Below, piece after piece: positions 48,188-61,368 of a stretch of 64,000 nt of DNA. This stretch comes from Podarcis tiliguerta. Its lineage: Eukaryota. A model generated the notes under the pieces. It saw nothing but the letters and a program-made list of their open reading frames with translations, searched no databases and was not told where the DNA came from. The stretch is from the NCBI GenBank assembly GCA_965153285.1, contig OZ229111.1; one strand, 5' to 3'. Positions within the stretch are counted from its first letter, which is position 1. Every line of letters starts with the position of its first letter. The position numbers were made by a program, and so were the translations under genes.

Positions 48188-50560
48188 GTATGTAAGACCT
48201 TGGCATGAACACCCCAAACTTCGTCTGATAGTTGTCTCTCTCTCTCTCTCTTTTTCTCTCATTCTCTCCCTCTGTGGTGAACAATCACATCATCGCCACT
48301 GTTCTCATCATGGTAGCTGTTTGGTTTTGGACTTGTTGTTGTTGTCAAGTTAGCCTTGATTTAAAGTCTCTTCCTTCTTTGAGGGAATTAACAGAGTCCC
48401 CTTAATAATTGAGAACCTGTTCTGGATTCCTTCCTTCCTCCCTACTGAGATTTTTCTTCACAAGCTTCTGGTTTCTCCCTAAAAGGTAGATGCCATTTTA
48501 AATAATATTTGCATATGGAAGTTCAGTTTCATGCCTTGGCCAGTGCTCTCCAAGCATTAGATAGGCTTGAGCAACATGCTGCCTGTGACTCCATGGATCC
48601 AGGTTTTGCTTTCAGTCGGGATCACTGGGATTTGCTTGCATTTACTACGCTAATGCACTTGCCCTTATGCATGTAGATTTGTTTCATGTTCATGGAGAGA
48701 TACAAATTGTTATATCTACTTTCTCAACATAAAATTGTTTTATCTACTTACTACCAATGGCAGGGGTGTACTAGCTTAGGCCCAGAGACCATTCAAGTCA
48801 CTGAGAGACTGCCCATTGGATTAAAGTGAATTCTAAGATAACGTGACCCATATTGTTTTCAGCATATTCTTGACCTTGCACGGGGTTTACAAACAGGCTG
48901 TTAACTGCTTTGCATACCACACCCAGTTCTTGTTAAAAGAGAGAGAGAGAGATTAAAGAAACCCCTCAAAGACAGAAGAGACCTAAAATCAAGCACGTTT
49001 TGTGGATGCTCATGTGTGAGACAACTCTGTTCTGGAAAAGTCAGTGCTAAAAATCGAGGCAGCTGCAATAAATGCTGGTGTCTTTAAAACAAAAAACAAA
49101 ACTGCAGATAACTTGGGCAATAATCTCTGAGCGAAATCCCCCAGTCTAGGGTATGTAGGAAAGGTCAGAACAAGTTTTAATACTCCTACTCTTTCATAGA
49201 GTTATGATGTGCTGATGGACCTAAATCCTAACAATGTTCTGTATGCTAACAGTGTTTTCTTTATATTAAAAAAAACAACAACCCAGAATGATGACACAAA
49301 AGCTATGTCAAATGTTGACATACTGAAAGTCTACAAGGCTGCATTTGTTTCCAGGAAATCAAGCACTTCATAAATTGTGCTTCCCTTTCCATAGCCTATT
49401 CCTGCCATGTGTCTATCCCTTCCCATTTTTTCTCCATTTCCATTCAGCATTGGAAGCAGCAGCTTTTATTTAGATGAAAAGCCTCTTGTGTTATAGCCAG
49501 ATACTGCTTTCCCTACATTTGTATATCTCTAATACCCTGTAGGCCATCTCAAAGTACTTGTGCTTCTAGGAAAAAAAGATTTAAACTCTACATTCACTCA
49601 TACGATGCCTTTTTCATCCAGAAAGGCAAACTGGGAGTGCAAAAACAGGTAATTTCTATTGGAGCCCTGGTGGGTGATGCTTCTCTGCGGCTAAACTTAG
49701 TGCTTAGTGTACTGACAAAGGTGCTGGTATATTATTTGGCAGGGGTGCTTTATTTCAAAGAAAACATGGGGTTTGGTGCTGCAGGGCTGGAGGATAAAAG
49801 TATCTCCCCCCTGTTCTTTATTTATATTTTTAGGAACTCAAACTAAATCATGAAAAGATATAACAAATTTCAATCTGAGGATCTTAATCCAGCTTCACTC
49901 TAAAAACCACCAAGTAGTTAATTAATTAACCTCTCTTTTATTCATACTTTTCCACATACATAGTAGTTTGGCTCTGGACATTTGTGCTAATATAGTTGCT
50001 TGCAATGTGATATTTTATGCAATGTCATATCGTGCTTTGGCACATTTCCTCATCGAAAGCACTTTATTTTTCTTATAAAGGCACATATCTGAACAGGAAT
50101 TTATCTCATTTTTGCTTGAAGCATTAGTGAGAAATTGGAATTGCAGAAAAATGGACTGCCAAACTGAAGAAACCCCCCATGGAGTTATTTCAGGAGTTTC
50201 CCAGGTTTAAACCCAGCCCATCATACTCCTGTATCATATTCATTTTGAAGCATATAAACACAACTGACCTTTTAGAGATAATTAAGTGAGCCATTTATCT
50301 CCACTAAATAGCATAATAAGTTATTGTTGAGGAAAGGTATTTAATGCATTGGCTGATTGAAAGAAGCAATGCAGCTATTTTACAGCAATGCTATTAATTC
50401 TGGGCATCATCTCAACAGGGGGCAGCTTCAGTTAAGACTCCATACTTTAAATCTCAAGAGATACAAAATAGATAAAAGATGATACCTTATGCTGGACCAA
50501 ATTCTTTTGGTGTTAAGAGATCAGTTGATCATGAAGCTTTGTGATACTTCTGCATTTAAA

Positions 50561-50736
50561 CTGGGGATGGAGAACCTGTAGCCCTCTGGAAGCTACCAAA
50601 AGGCTGCAGAGTAAAGAAAAAAAGGGGGGAGAGGTAAAACTCCCATTATCGCTGACTATTGGCCATGCTAGCTAGGGCTGATGTGAATTAAAGCCCAACA
50701 AAATCTGAAAGGTTTGAGATTCACCACTCTGCCCTG
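50561..50736. mobile_element. Degraded hAT-like MITE (family A)
   Basis: gggatggagaacctgtagccctc...actcccattatc...ttggccatgctag...gctgatg. Confidence 0.55.
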
Positions 50737-52860
50737 ACTTAAAGTAATAAGCATTAGATCAAGTAAGAAACATCACCCTGTCCTTCCCTATTGCTATGCC
50801 GCTTGTTATCTGTGAAAGCATGGTTAAATCATGTCTAAACCACTAATGAATTGATCCATTAATTGTGGAGATTAATAGATTACTGCTTCTAATCCTGTTT
50901 TAATTATTGTCTTAAATAAATCAGTTCATCTTTAGTGTACTGTTGGGAAACTTTCCAAGAGGAGAAGTCAGGTTGATTCTGTGTCACAAAAAAACTAATT
51001 AGTTTAAGTCCCTTTTAACAGAATACATTCCTCAGCACTCCTCACCTACCATAATAGGGGGAGACTGAGTATTTCTAAATAGACCTAATGCCCTACATAC
51101 AGACCTGGTGAAGATGCAGGATTTTGTGTTTATGTGCACTCTCTGTTTTGATGAAGAAGCATCTTTGAGAAAAAGTTCAAAGCTTGATTGGAGAAAAAAT
51201 GCGTTATGTGCTCAGCTACATAGATAAACAGACACAGGCACTTAATTAGAGAAAATAAAGGTCATTTATGTTGATGATGTGCCCTGTACTCTTTAATCAG
51301 GCAAAAATTGTTTTCAAAAGCCAGCCATTTAGCATTATCCTCCCAACTACTGCCCATTCTGCTTTTCATGTTTTGCTCAAGCACCAAATGTCATCAGGGT
51401 GAGCCAAGGCTTTTTAGAACAGCAATGTAGACTTTGTTGTACTTTGCTGTGGTAGTTGCCTTACTTTAGCTAGAAAACTAGGAAAGTAAAAAATTGCTTG
51501 GCTTCTCTGTTATCGCTGCATCAACTTCTTCCACTGACCACATCAAACTCCCTGGAGACTACTCTTCTCTGGAATTATGATTTCTTCAGGAAATCAGGAC
51601 TGGAATAATTATTGTATATGCTATTCCTGGCTTATATTTTTGGGTTATAACACTCTCCCATCTACCACCACATGTGCCAGTGAATTGGATCAGAGGACTC
51701 AAGGGGAAGGTATTGAGGGCCCTTTGTTAATGATGGCTGATCTTAGAAACCTAACAGTGAAGCAAATGGCAGAGGCTAATGAGCAAGTGAATTATTTAAC
51801 ATGGAATTGGAAGAAGCTCTAGGCCACCCTCTAATAGGGACAAGCTTTTTGTCAGCTTCAAGCTTCTAATTTGTTAGACAGGACTTGCCCATGTGGTAAA
51901 ACCCCGTTGCCTATAGCCAAGTGATCCAGATCTTACCATTTCAGTCATGTAGACCCATGTCACTGCTCTTCATTGGCAACCAGATAGGATATATATATTT
52001 ACTTCAAGCCATTCAAATAAATGAATTCACACTACTAATCAGTAGATTGTACCAGTCTAAATTTTGTAAAAGTCTATCTTTATTATTGAACTTGTATTCT
52101 ACCCTTCCTCCCAAAGGATAGCTAACAATAGAAAGTGTCCTCCCAAAAAAGGTTTTTACTGCAGATTTTTGTATTGTTAACTATTTTTGGGAAAGCTGCA
52201 TGCAGCAATCAGATTAGAGGCTGCCCACTTAGTTGGGCTTTCTTCTATATATTCCCATTTTCCAGTATCGTCACCCATATTCCCTTACCCACTGTAATCA
52301 CCAAGATACATTTTCAGATTCCTGGTTAAAATCTTGATTATTTTGTATATTATCAGTAATGATAATAATTAGTGAATCGCCTTCCATGTATATGCCTCAA
52401 TGCAATTTGCAAACATCTTATTTAAAAAATCAGTTTCAGCAAGAAGCATTTTGACTTCCTGTGAATGTAGGTGTATGAGGAATTTGTCTGAATAGCCAGG
52501 AAAGTAAGTTAAGAATAGAGTCTAATTTTACTTGGCCAATAGAGGATTTAGCTGTGTTTCGGTCTGAGATTCCAACTGATGGAGGTTAAACAGTTTGTTC
52601 CTGCCCCATTCAAGTCTTTAGCTGCTTTTGAATCAAATGTAGCCTCTCTGCCCTTCCTGAAGGATTACTGCATAGTGAATTGATGTGCTATCAATATATG
52701 CATGCATCATTTTGTGGAAGGTGATGTCCCATTGTGGTAACAATTTCAGTGGAACAGTGGATATCTTGTTGGGTGAAAGGACCCTTTTATTCAGAAGGGG
52801 AATCCTGAGTTAACTTTCGCTTTTTCATCCTGCTTGCTAAGGCACTTTGTTTTGATCTAG

Positions 52861-52951
52861 GGTGATGCTACTAAATCTGATTCTGAAGGGGAGCTTTTCC
52901 CCCGTAGTCTGGAAGAAGACTGTGGACTTAAGAACTTTTCAAATCCAGCCT
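52861..52951 (+). CDS. CACNA1G: Cav3.1 exon ~15: II-III loop (GDATKSDSEGELFPRSLEEDCGLKNFSNPA)
   Basis: atctag|ggt and t|gtaagt; 91 nt, phase 0 to 1. Similar to mammalian GDANKSESE. Confidence 0.92.
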
Positions 52952-53677
52952 GTAAGTAGCTGCTGCTCCTTCAAGGAGAACTGTTTTTCATTTTAGTATG
53001 AATAGCGGGTGTTGTTTTTCTTGAACTTCTAACTCCAGAATAGTCTCACTTTGAACTAATGCGATTTTGATTCAAGAAAACATAATTGAATGATTGTAAT
53101 CAAAAGAATTCAGAAAGGAAACTCCTGTTTGGTGGCCTTAAAAATTTCATACATGACTTACAGACCATTAGCTTAATGGGCCGGTCTCTTTCCCTTCTCA
53201 TGGGGGGGGGGTGTAGGGAAGAAGACTTGATACTGCTGTATATCAGCTGGGATCGATGGGTATTGTAGTCCAACCTCATCATAACATCAGGTTGGAGAAG
53301 CCTACTGTACATTATGTTGCTCCTTCCCCCTGCCCAAGCTGCTTACCTTTAAGGGTGTCGTTAAAGACTATCCACCAGAAAAGGGAGCCTGGCCTTGTTG
53401 GTATCTCTCAATGGGAATGGAAGAAGCAGAGCGCTGCTACTTGTAATTCATGTGTATTTAGGAAAAGTGATCAGAGGTAAATGAAAGAGAGTAGAGTACA
53501 AGAAGTGTACAAACAGAAAAACATGAAACTCATATTATACAAGGGTGGAAGAGATGAGGAGGAGAAACCCCTTTAGATCAGAAGCACATGGCATCATGTT
53601 GGCATCAAGACATTGACACATGCATTCACGTGCCTCCACCCTTAGGGTATGACTTAAATGTCCTTTGTTTTTCTCAG

Positions 53678-53862
53678 TGATGGCCCTTTGTGACCACCCA
53701 GAGCTAAAGAAGAGCTTAACACCTCCGCTCATCATCCACACCGCCGCTACACCAATGCCCATGCCGAAAAGTGCCATCTATGGGGAAGCGGCTCAAGGCT
53801 ATGATTCCCGAAGAGCTAGTAGCATCTCCATGGATCCTAATACATATGATCTCAAATCTCCG
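53678..53862 (+). CDS. CACNA1G: Cav3.1 exon ~16: II-III loop (LMALCDHPELKKSLTPPLIIHTAATPMPMPKS...DLKSP)
   Basis: tctcag|tg and ccg|gtacgt; 185 nt, phase 1 to 0; PPLIIHTAATPM motif. Confidence 0.94.
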
Positions 53863-54054
53863 GTACGTGAGTTGTCTTTCTTGTCACGCTGTTTGTTTCT
53901 TGTCTTAGCGGTTGTTTCCAAGGGTGTGACATACCAGAGCACCTACTGCGATGTTTGATGGCTTGAGGCCTTGCTAATTGAGTGCAGGCCCCAGGTGGTT
54001 ATTGTTCAGCACCTGGCTTGGTTTTCTTACCTGTTCTTTGCTGCTTTGCCCCAG

Positions 54055-54501
54055 GTGAGCGCCCGGAGTTCCCCACACAGTCCTTGGAGTGCCGGAGGTA
54101 GCTGGAACAGCCGCAGGTCAAGCTGGAACAGCATAGGGCGGGCTCCCAGCTTGAAACGTCGCAACCAAAGTGGAGAGCGCAAGTCACTTTTATCCGGGGA
54201 TGGGAAGCAAAGTTCAGAGGAAGGGGAAAGCTCTGATGAAGAGCAGTCCAGTCGGACTGGGAGCATTAATGGCACTATACCTCACCGCATTGAGTCACTG
54301 GAAACCAAAGGCTCTTTTGACTTCCAAGATACCCTTCAGGTGCCTTCTCTATACCGGACCAGCAGCATACACAGTAGCCACACCTCTGCATCAGAGCACC
54401 AAGATTGCAATGGTAAAACAACCTCCAGAGTTCTGATACAGCAGCTTCATTTGGAAGATCCACTTCCTGAATGTGACGATATGGATGATGAAGGCAACTT
54501 G
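54055..54501 (+). CDS. CACNA1G: Cav3.1 exon ~17: Ser-rich II-III loop ([12 protein letters not shown]...GRAPSLKRR...SEHQDCNGK...DDEGNL)
   Basis: ccccag|gtg and ttg|gtaagt; 447 nt, phase 0 to 0. Confidence 0.95.
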
Positions 54502-55324
54502 GTAAGTGACAGCCAGCATGCCTAGACCCTTTGCTTCAAAGGGTTTAGAAGAGAGGTGAAAGTTCTGCTTTTTCTTTGTTTAATTGTTGGGTGTGGGGTT
54601 TTTTTAATGAGCACAAAACATCACTGGAATCCATGTTTGTCAAGTAAGGAATCCATTGGGGGCCATGTCTCCTTCAGTCACTGGAACGGAAAGTGTTTAA
54701 TCAAGGGAAACCATAGCAGCCCAATGTAAGATGTGCATAGGATCCAAGGCCCTGATAACACATTATGTTAAGTGAGTAGCACACAACGCTTTCTGTGAAA
54801 GGCGTAATTTTCACTGGGACTGCAGCATGCAGTGAGGGGAGGTTTATTTAACACTTCATCCAGTGTGGTCCCCTTAAAAATCCCCCCATAAGGCAATTAC
54901 CTTATGGGAGGGACGCTCCTGTTGACAGCAGTGGCTCCCCCCCCCCTCAATCCCAGTAGGAAGCCCCTGGAGTGAGCTATAGAAATCCACCTCCACTCCA
55001 AGTAGAGGCTGGATTGGAGGTGGTGGAGTGAGGGGAAATGCTATGGCATACCAGGTTGCTGTGTGAGTTTGTCATGTTGTGGTTTTTATCCAGCACAACC
55101 CCAATGTCTGTGTATTGTGAAGCATGAAATCACAGAGGGGGGCGGGGAGCTAAATCTTGTCATTTTGCCATGCATGCCCTTCCGTTCCCTTGCTTTAGAC
55201 TCCTTCAGAATTTTCAGAAGTCATTCAGAATTTTCTGTGGGTCTTCATGGGTAGCCAGCCCAGACTGGTAAGCCCAGCATTAGCAAGTGGATTATCTTCA
55301 GCTATTCAGTGTGCATTGTTAGCC

Positions 55325-55348
55325 GAGAGAGAGAGAGAGAGAGAGAGA
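55325..55348. repeat. (GA)n microsatellite
   Basis: Seen directly in the sequence. Confidence 0.9.
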
Positions 55349-56767
55349 AATTTCCCTTTTTTTCAAAGACAGAGCTATATCCTGTGCTCGGTTTCAAGTG
55401 GATGATTTCTGCTTCTATATATTCCCTTTAGAGATTCCTAAGGAAGGAGAGAAATTGTCATATTAGCATCAAATTATAAAGAGGCAGTACTCTAATGAAT
55501 GTTGCTCTTTCCTAGGCCATGGAGGCCATTTAGAAAACGTTAGTTAAAAGGAACGGGTGGGGGTAAAACAGGAGAAAAATCAGCTGCAGTTTGGAGCTGG
55601 ATAGACAGATGAGGCTAAGTTATCCCTGTATCTCTGCTTGCCAATGAATACCCACAGTTGGAACAGGGGCATACAGCCAGACTTATGTAAATTCAGGTGC
55701 AGCTCCTGAGCACACAGAACAACACATACATACAGCTGATTCCAAAGAAGTAAACTGCAAGCTGACAGGCATCTCCTTCAACTCCATCAAGTGCAGTTAG
55801 AGAGATTGCACAGAGCATCCATTAGGAAGGAACAAGGCCTCTGGGCACCCAGAAGATGCAGAATGTGACTAATCAAATCAAAACCTGCAGACATCGTTCC
55901 TTGTATAGCCTTGGCTCCTGGAGGGGCATACAAGGACTCTTGGGACCATCTCTTCTCTGCAGTACAGGTGAAAAACATGACATGAACATCTGCAACTATT
56001 AGAAACAAATTCTAGAGAAGTAGATGCGTTGGTACGTAGCTGTAAAAATAACAAGTTTTGTGGCTCCTTTAAGACTAATAAATTGATTGTGACATGAACT
56101 TTTTGTAAGCATCCTTAAGGATGTGGAAATAGATGAGTTTGTTGTGTGTGCATGTGAGTCGGGAGGTAAATAGATAATCCACCCATACATAGGACCAGCG
56201 AATGAGTGAGGGGAACTATCTTGCAAGGTGAAATTATAACAAGAATGAACACATGCAAAATGCAGAGCTGCTATGCATGAACCAATAATTTGAAGCAAAA
56301 ATGATTTGGTCACAGGGTGTCAACAAACCTATGAATGAGTCTAGCTATTGCAGGTTGGATCTCAGTTTGCATATACCAGGTGTGAGATTAGCATGTATCA
56401 TGGTGTGTACCAAATTAAACAAATGAACAAAACAATAAAAATCCACTATAGCATCATAAAATTACAAAGTACAGTGTCAAGTGACCTACAATGAATAAAA
56501 TCATTTCTCTAAAAACGCTTGACAGAAGAATAACCTTTTCATTAAAGGACAAAATGTGAGAATTGTAGGTGCCTGTTTAATTTCAATAGGAAATATATTC
56601 TAAAATACTGGTGTCACTGTGCTTAAAGTCTTGGTTTGAGTAGCAGCCCATCAAATATATGGCAGCCAGGACGGCTTCTCCATGTGTTTACTTTGCTTTC
56701 ACCACTGAATAAGGAGGAAGCTGGACCTTCAGGTAAAAATTGCACTGGGCCTCATCTGCATGTCACA

Positions 56768-56983
56768 GTAAACCATAGTAAATATTGCCTGCTTTGCTCC
56801 TCCTTGCTAGCATACAGGAGAAAGAAACCAGGATCCTAAGCTAAGTGTTGAGTCCAAACCAGGGATTGTGGTTTGTTTTGCTCCAAATTAATCGGAATCA
56901 GTAAGTAAATAGCAAACCATGATCCCTAATTTTGACATAACACTAAGCCAGAAATTGTGGTTTAACGATTAACTATGGTTTAC
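56768..56983. mobile_element. Fold-back MITE-like relic
   Basis: Nested inverted pairs gtaaaccatagt / actatggtttac and agggattgtggtttg / caaaccatgatccct. Confidence 0.55.
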
Positions 56984-59473
56984 CAAAACCCTGAGCCATT
57001 GCCATCCTATAGTGATTAAGTCAATGAAAGTCTTAGGTGACTGCAGGCCAAACTAGACATGATTTTAACTGTGCAAATGCATTCAACATGCACATTTTAT
57101 GGTATGTAAAAAGGAGCTGAGGGGAAGCTTGAGCAGTTTCAGGACCATTGGCAGCTGAAACTAGCTTTTTTCTTTTCCTGCCTTAAGTCTAAACAAAAAT
57201 GACCTCTCTGAAGCTATTCCCTTGCATTGCAAGGGAAACCTCAACTGGAGTGAAACAAAAAGCTTGTGTTACTTGCCCATATGAAGGTTTTTCTTTGCAT
57301 CTTTGTAAACTTAGAAACTTGGACCCATTCCATCAGCAGACATTACATGTTCATTGGGATCCCACTTCCAGCTTTACTTCTGTGACCCATTAAAACCTGT
57401 GGTTGTTTTGGTATTAAGTTCTTGCATTCAAGGTTGTAGAAAATTGCTGCTTTAAAAAAATCAATTTCATAAGTCTTTGAACAGTTGGTTTTGCAAAGCT
57501 CTGGGACTTGTTCTTAACCTTGGAAAGTTAAACAATAGCGGCCACTTTTTTTTCTGTAAGCTTTTCCTTGTTCCCTCCTTTTTATACATTTTCCCCATTT
57601 TTCAGAAACCTATGTGTCATTGGCCTTAAGTATACATTAAGAACATTGGACACCCCCAATCAGGGGATTATCAATACTCTTACTTAATGGAATCACTGAG
57701 ACGCCTTTCTAAAGCCCCGGCTGTCATTTCTAAGTAAAACACCAGTTGATATCAAAGGGAATGTAGTCCTTGGATAGACATATATTCACATCTGCATCAA
57801 CAGGGACTCTGCTTGCATTTGTACATTACAGAATCCCTTCATAATATTTACTATCAAATGTGTTTGTTACAGTGTTCTTTTCTTCCACATCTATATTCAT
57901 ACCGACCAGGTGTGTCTTCTGAAGTAGATGTGATTAGAATAACATAATTGAGCCATCTCTTTGAACATAATGTGAACTTCAGAAGCAATCAAGCTGATTG
58001 TAAGCAAGCCTACATCTCTGGCCTCTGCAGAGAAAGAATCTTATGGATGGGGGAGAAGGACTCTTTTGAGGGGGGGGGGACCCAGCAAAATCTAGATGTA
58101 GACCAGCTTCTTCTAGGCCAGCTCAACACTCTCGTTTCAAATTTTATTTTGTTACCTTTCTTTTAATTCCTTTGTCTCAGTTTGCCCCTAAAAGAAGACC
58201 GTGCATAAGCAAATATTTGGTCCAGTCGTTTACCCTCTCCTACTGAGCAGGCGGTATGAAAAGTGAAATAATCTCCCCCCCCCCCAACACACACAGACTT
58301 TTTCTCAAAGCCCTTTGACTGACTTGCTTGAAACAATTACACAAACTCAAAATATCTCTGGCATTAAAATTGGACAAAAGGGAGATATAAAGGGGCATTC
58401 TAGGCTGCTGACACATTCTGATTTAACTACAAAGCCTCAAGATAAATACCAAGCGATGCTTTGAATAGCAGATGCTTTTGGAACCCATCCAGATTACAAA
58501 ATTATCTGGACCAAGCTATAGCTGTTACTAGATGTCTCGAGGGAAGCCTCCTAGCTAGGACTTGTGGACATAACATCTTTAAATAACCCTGCCTAATTAA
58601 GGCCTTTCCCCCCTGGTATTTGGGAATCAGGTGATACATAGTAGATGTAGCCCATCAATCTATTGGGAAGGGGAGGAGAGGAGTGGGGAGCAGAGCGATT
58701 CACTATAGTAAAGAAGAGATTCACATGTTCTCTAAACAAAACATAGATTTAACTGGGGAACAGAGAGGCAAGGATCAAGAATAAATTTGTCCTTGTTATC
58801 TGAACTGTTCTCACCTTGCTTGACAGGTAGTTTTCTCGTTCCTTAGTTCAGTTTGTCACTGAGCATTTTCATTACAATAGGCATTCTTCCACCTATTACC
58901 TGGGGCTAATGAGAGTCCTAGCAGTGCGCATGACAATGCAGAATAGATTTTTTTTTCCCACTTATTCCATTCAATTATACTGACCGATCTAGTTTTTACT
59001 GTCCAAATGACCATATAAGAAACTCACCTCTGCTTATTTTTTAAAGAAATGCTCAGAAGGAGGTAAGGAATTATGAATAGCGCTGAAGTGGGGGGGAAAG
59101 TTTGCTCCTGCTTCTGGACATTGTTGCCAGTGTCAAATGGTGTGTGTGTGTGTGTTTTACAATTGTTTCAAAAGTGCGCAGCTATTCAGAAAGCATTGTC
59201 CTCCCTCTGAATTTAATAGTTTATGCCCTTGGTGATGTCAGTATACTACCAAATTTGACCGGCTTAGTCAAATGCTGTGTGACACCATCTCATTGCTGTA
59301 TGAACCCCCATTGTCTAGAATTGCTATATTACTGATCCAGGAAAATGTTGCTGCTGTATAATTAGTAGAAAAATGTGGTGCCAAAGCAGCAGCAAATAGG
59401 GGAACTAATGGCAATGAACCGGGTTGATAAAAGGTGAGCATTCACAATTCACACACTAAGAGCCTTATCAGGA

Positions 59474-59521
<48 letters not shown>
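59474..59521. repeat. (AAT)n microsatellite
   Basis: About 16 perfect units seen directly. Confidence 0.95.
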
Positions 59522-59800
59522 TTATTTCTACAGCGTCCATTATATTTCTGCTCCCCCCCCCCCTCTATTCAGGAAAGCACAACTTTTGACTTGAAAATCA
59601 AAATGAGAGAATAATTGGAAAGCTTTAGTTATGGCTGAGTTGGAAATAGGGACATGTAGGTAATATGTCTGGCTATCCAGCTTTTGAAGGAGGACTGGAG
59701 CTATCTTAAGGGGTAGAGCAGGTTTACTCCCTGCTTCTCATTCCCCACCATGCATGTGGGACAGACATCATCTGATCAGGCCACATATTTGACATTAAAT

Positions 59801-60007
59801 GGGAAGGACCAAAGCCCATTGGTAGGGCATCTGTTTTGCATGTAGAAGGTTCAAGGTTCAATCCTTGGTATCTCCAGGTAGGGCTGGGTGTCATCATCTG
59901 TCCCCCCTGACAGAAACCCTGGAGATCAGCTGCCAGTCAGTGTAGACGGTGCTGAACTGTATGGACCAGTGGTCTGACTCTGTGTAAGGCAGCTGCCTGC
60001 ATTCCTA
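59801..60007 (+). mobile_element. Squam3-like tRNA-derived SINE
   Basis: tRNA-like head (tggtagggcatctg...ggttcaatcc) and body ctccaggtagggctggg...ctgccagtcagtgtagac...tggtctgactc...aaggcagct. A more decayed copy lies at about 61820-61950. Confidence 0.75.
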
Positions 60008-61267
60008 ATATGTGAGCAGGTCATAAATTCCCAGTGACAGGAAATTCATTTAATACTTCATTGTTAACGTGCGAATTCATTTCATACAACTGCGTGCATA
60101 TCAGGGGAAGGATGGACAAATAAACAACAATGCACAATTAGACTTTTCAGATCGGAAACAGGGAGGGATTTTCCAGATTGTGACTAATATCCACACGCTC
60201 AAATTATTTGACATATCTTTGCAATTGTCCCCTTGGGAACGACGTGATTGGTTTCATCTCGTGTGCCTTAATTTGCTTTCCTAGCAGACTGTGGCTTTGC
60301 ATCTTTGTGACCTGACCCACATAATAGCATGAGCAAATTAGAGTTTTGTTTGGCTTGATTATTTCATTCAGTCATTTTCTCCTCGGTGCATTTGGTCATT
60401 CTGCTCAGTGAGTGCCCATGAGAACGTTGCTTGTAAACTCCGAGATCAAGTTGTAACCAGAATTATTGTTCCCATCACTTCCCGTGTGGGATTCTCCCCC
60501 TATATTTTACCTGTAGAATCTGTCCTTATATAACATGAAAACCAATCCACTGAGAAAAGGTAAAACCTAGCCACTCTTGTAGGTTCTGTTATTTGCTACT
60601 CTTCTCTCACAGAGGAGTATATCGTATATTAAGGAAAATGCCTGTCCATCTTTCCCCAGAGATTCCTTCTTGCCGCCTTTATGTTTGCTGTGTTCTGTTT
60701 TTCCTATCGAGTTGTTTCTTGACAGTTTTGATACTATCTGAGATTGAGAGACAATTATATTTATTCTTTCTTAGCTGCTATGTCTGCATTTTCCACCCAG
60801 TGACTTACTTTTAAAGTGCTGCTGCCGTGCTGGAGTGGTCTTTAAGCTGATACTGTGCACAGCAGTGCATATCTCTACAATAAATTTCTCTCAATCTATG
60901 CCCCGCCAGACACCCATCTCTTTACTTTGCTTCTGTAAGTGGAGGAGCCTGCCTGTACTGTAAGATACCATTAATCCATTCTTGAGCAACACAGCATGAG
61001 TGACATCTCCGCGCAGTCAGATTAATTGTTTTAGTCCTTGTTTTAAGGCCAGGATGTCCAATTCAGAGACGGCCTCCAGCTTGCAGCCTGCAAGGTATCT
61101 TCAGGGCTGATGGGCAAGGGTGGGAATTAAAGTAGCATAAGAGCTCTTCACCTGTCTGTTTTCCTCGTTACAGATTACAGTTTTGAATGGCTGCTGCAGC
61201 CACTCGGAGGAGCTGATTGATGTCTCATTGTGTTTTCAATTTTTGTCTCCCTCTCTTTCTCTTTAAG

Positions 61268-61368
61268 AGTAAAAAGGACCGTATGAAGGCTTGGATAAGG
61301 GCACGCCTCCCCACCTGGTGCAAAGAAAGAGATTCCTGGTCTATCTACATCTTTGCTCCTCAGTCTAA
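61268..61368 (+). CDS. CACNA1G: Cav3.1 exon ~18 ([33 protein letters not shown])
   Basis: Pyrimidine tract then tttaag|agt; donor aa|gtaagg; 101 nt, phase 0 to 2. Not in the ORF track. Confidence 0.93.

Noticed and set aside
61261-61276. Alternative acceptors at exon 18 (AAG|AG and downstream AAAAAG)
   Set aside because: The first AG gives the conserved frame; there is no evidence that the others are used.
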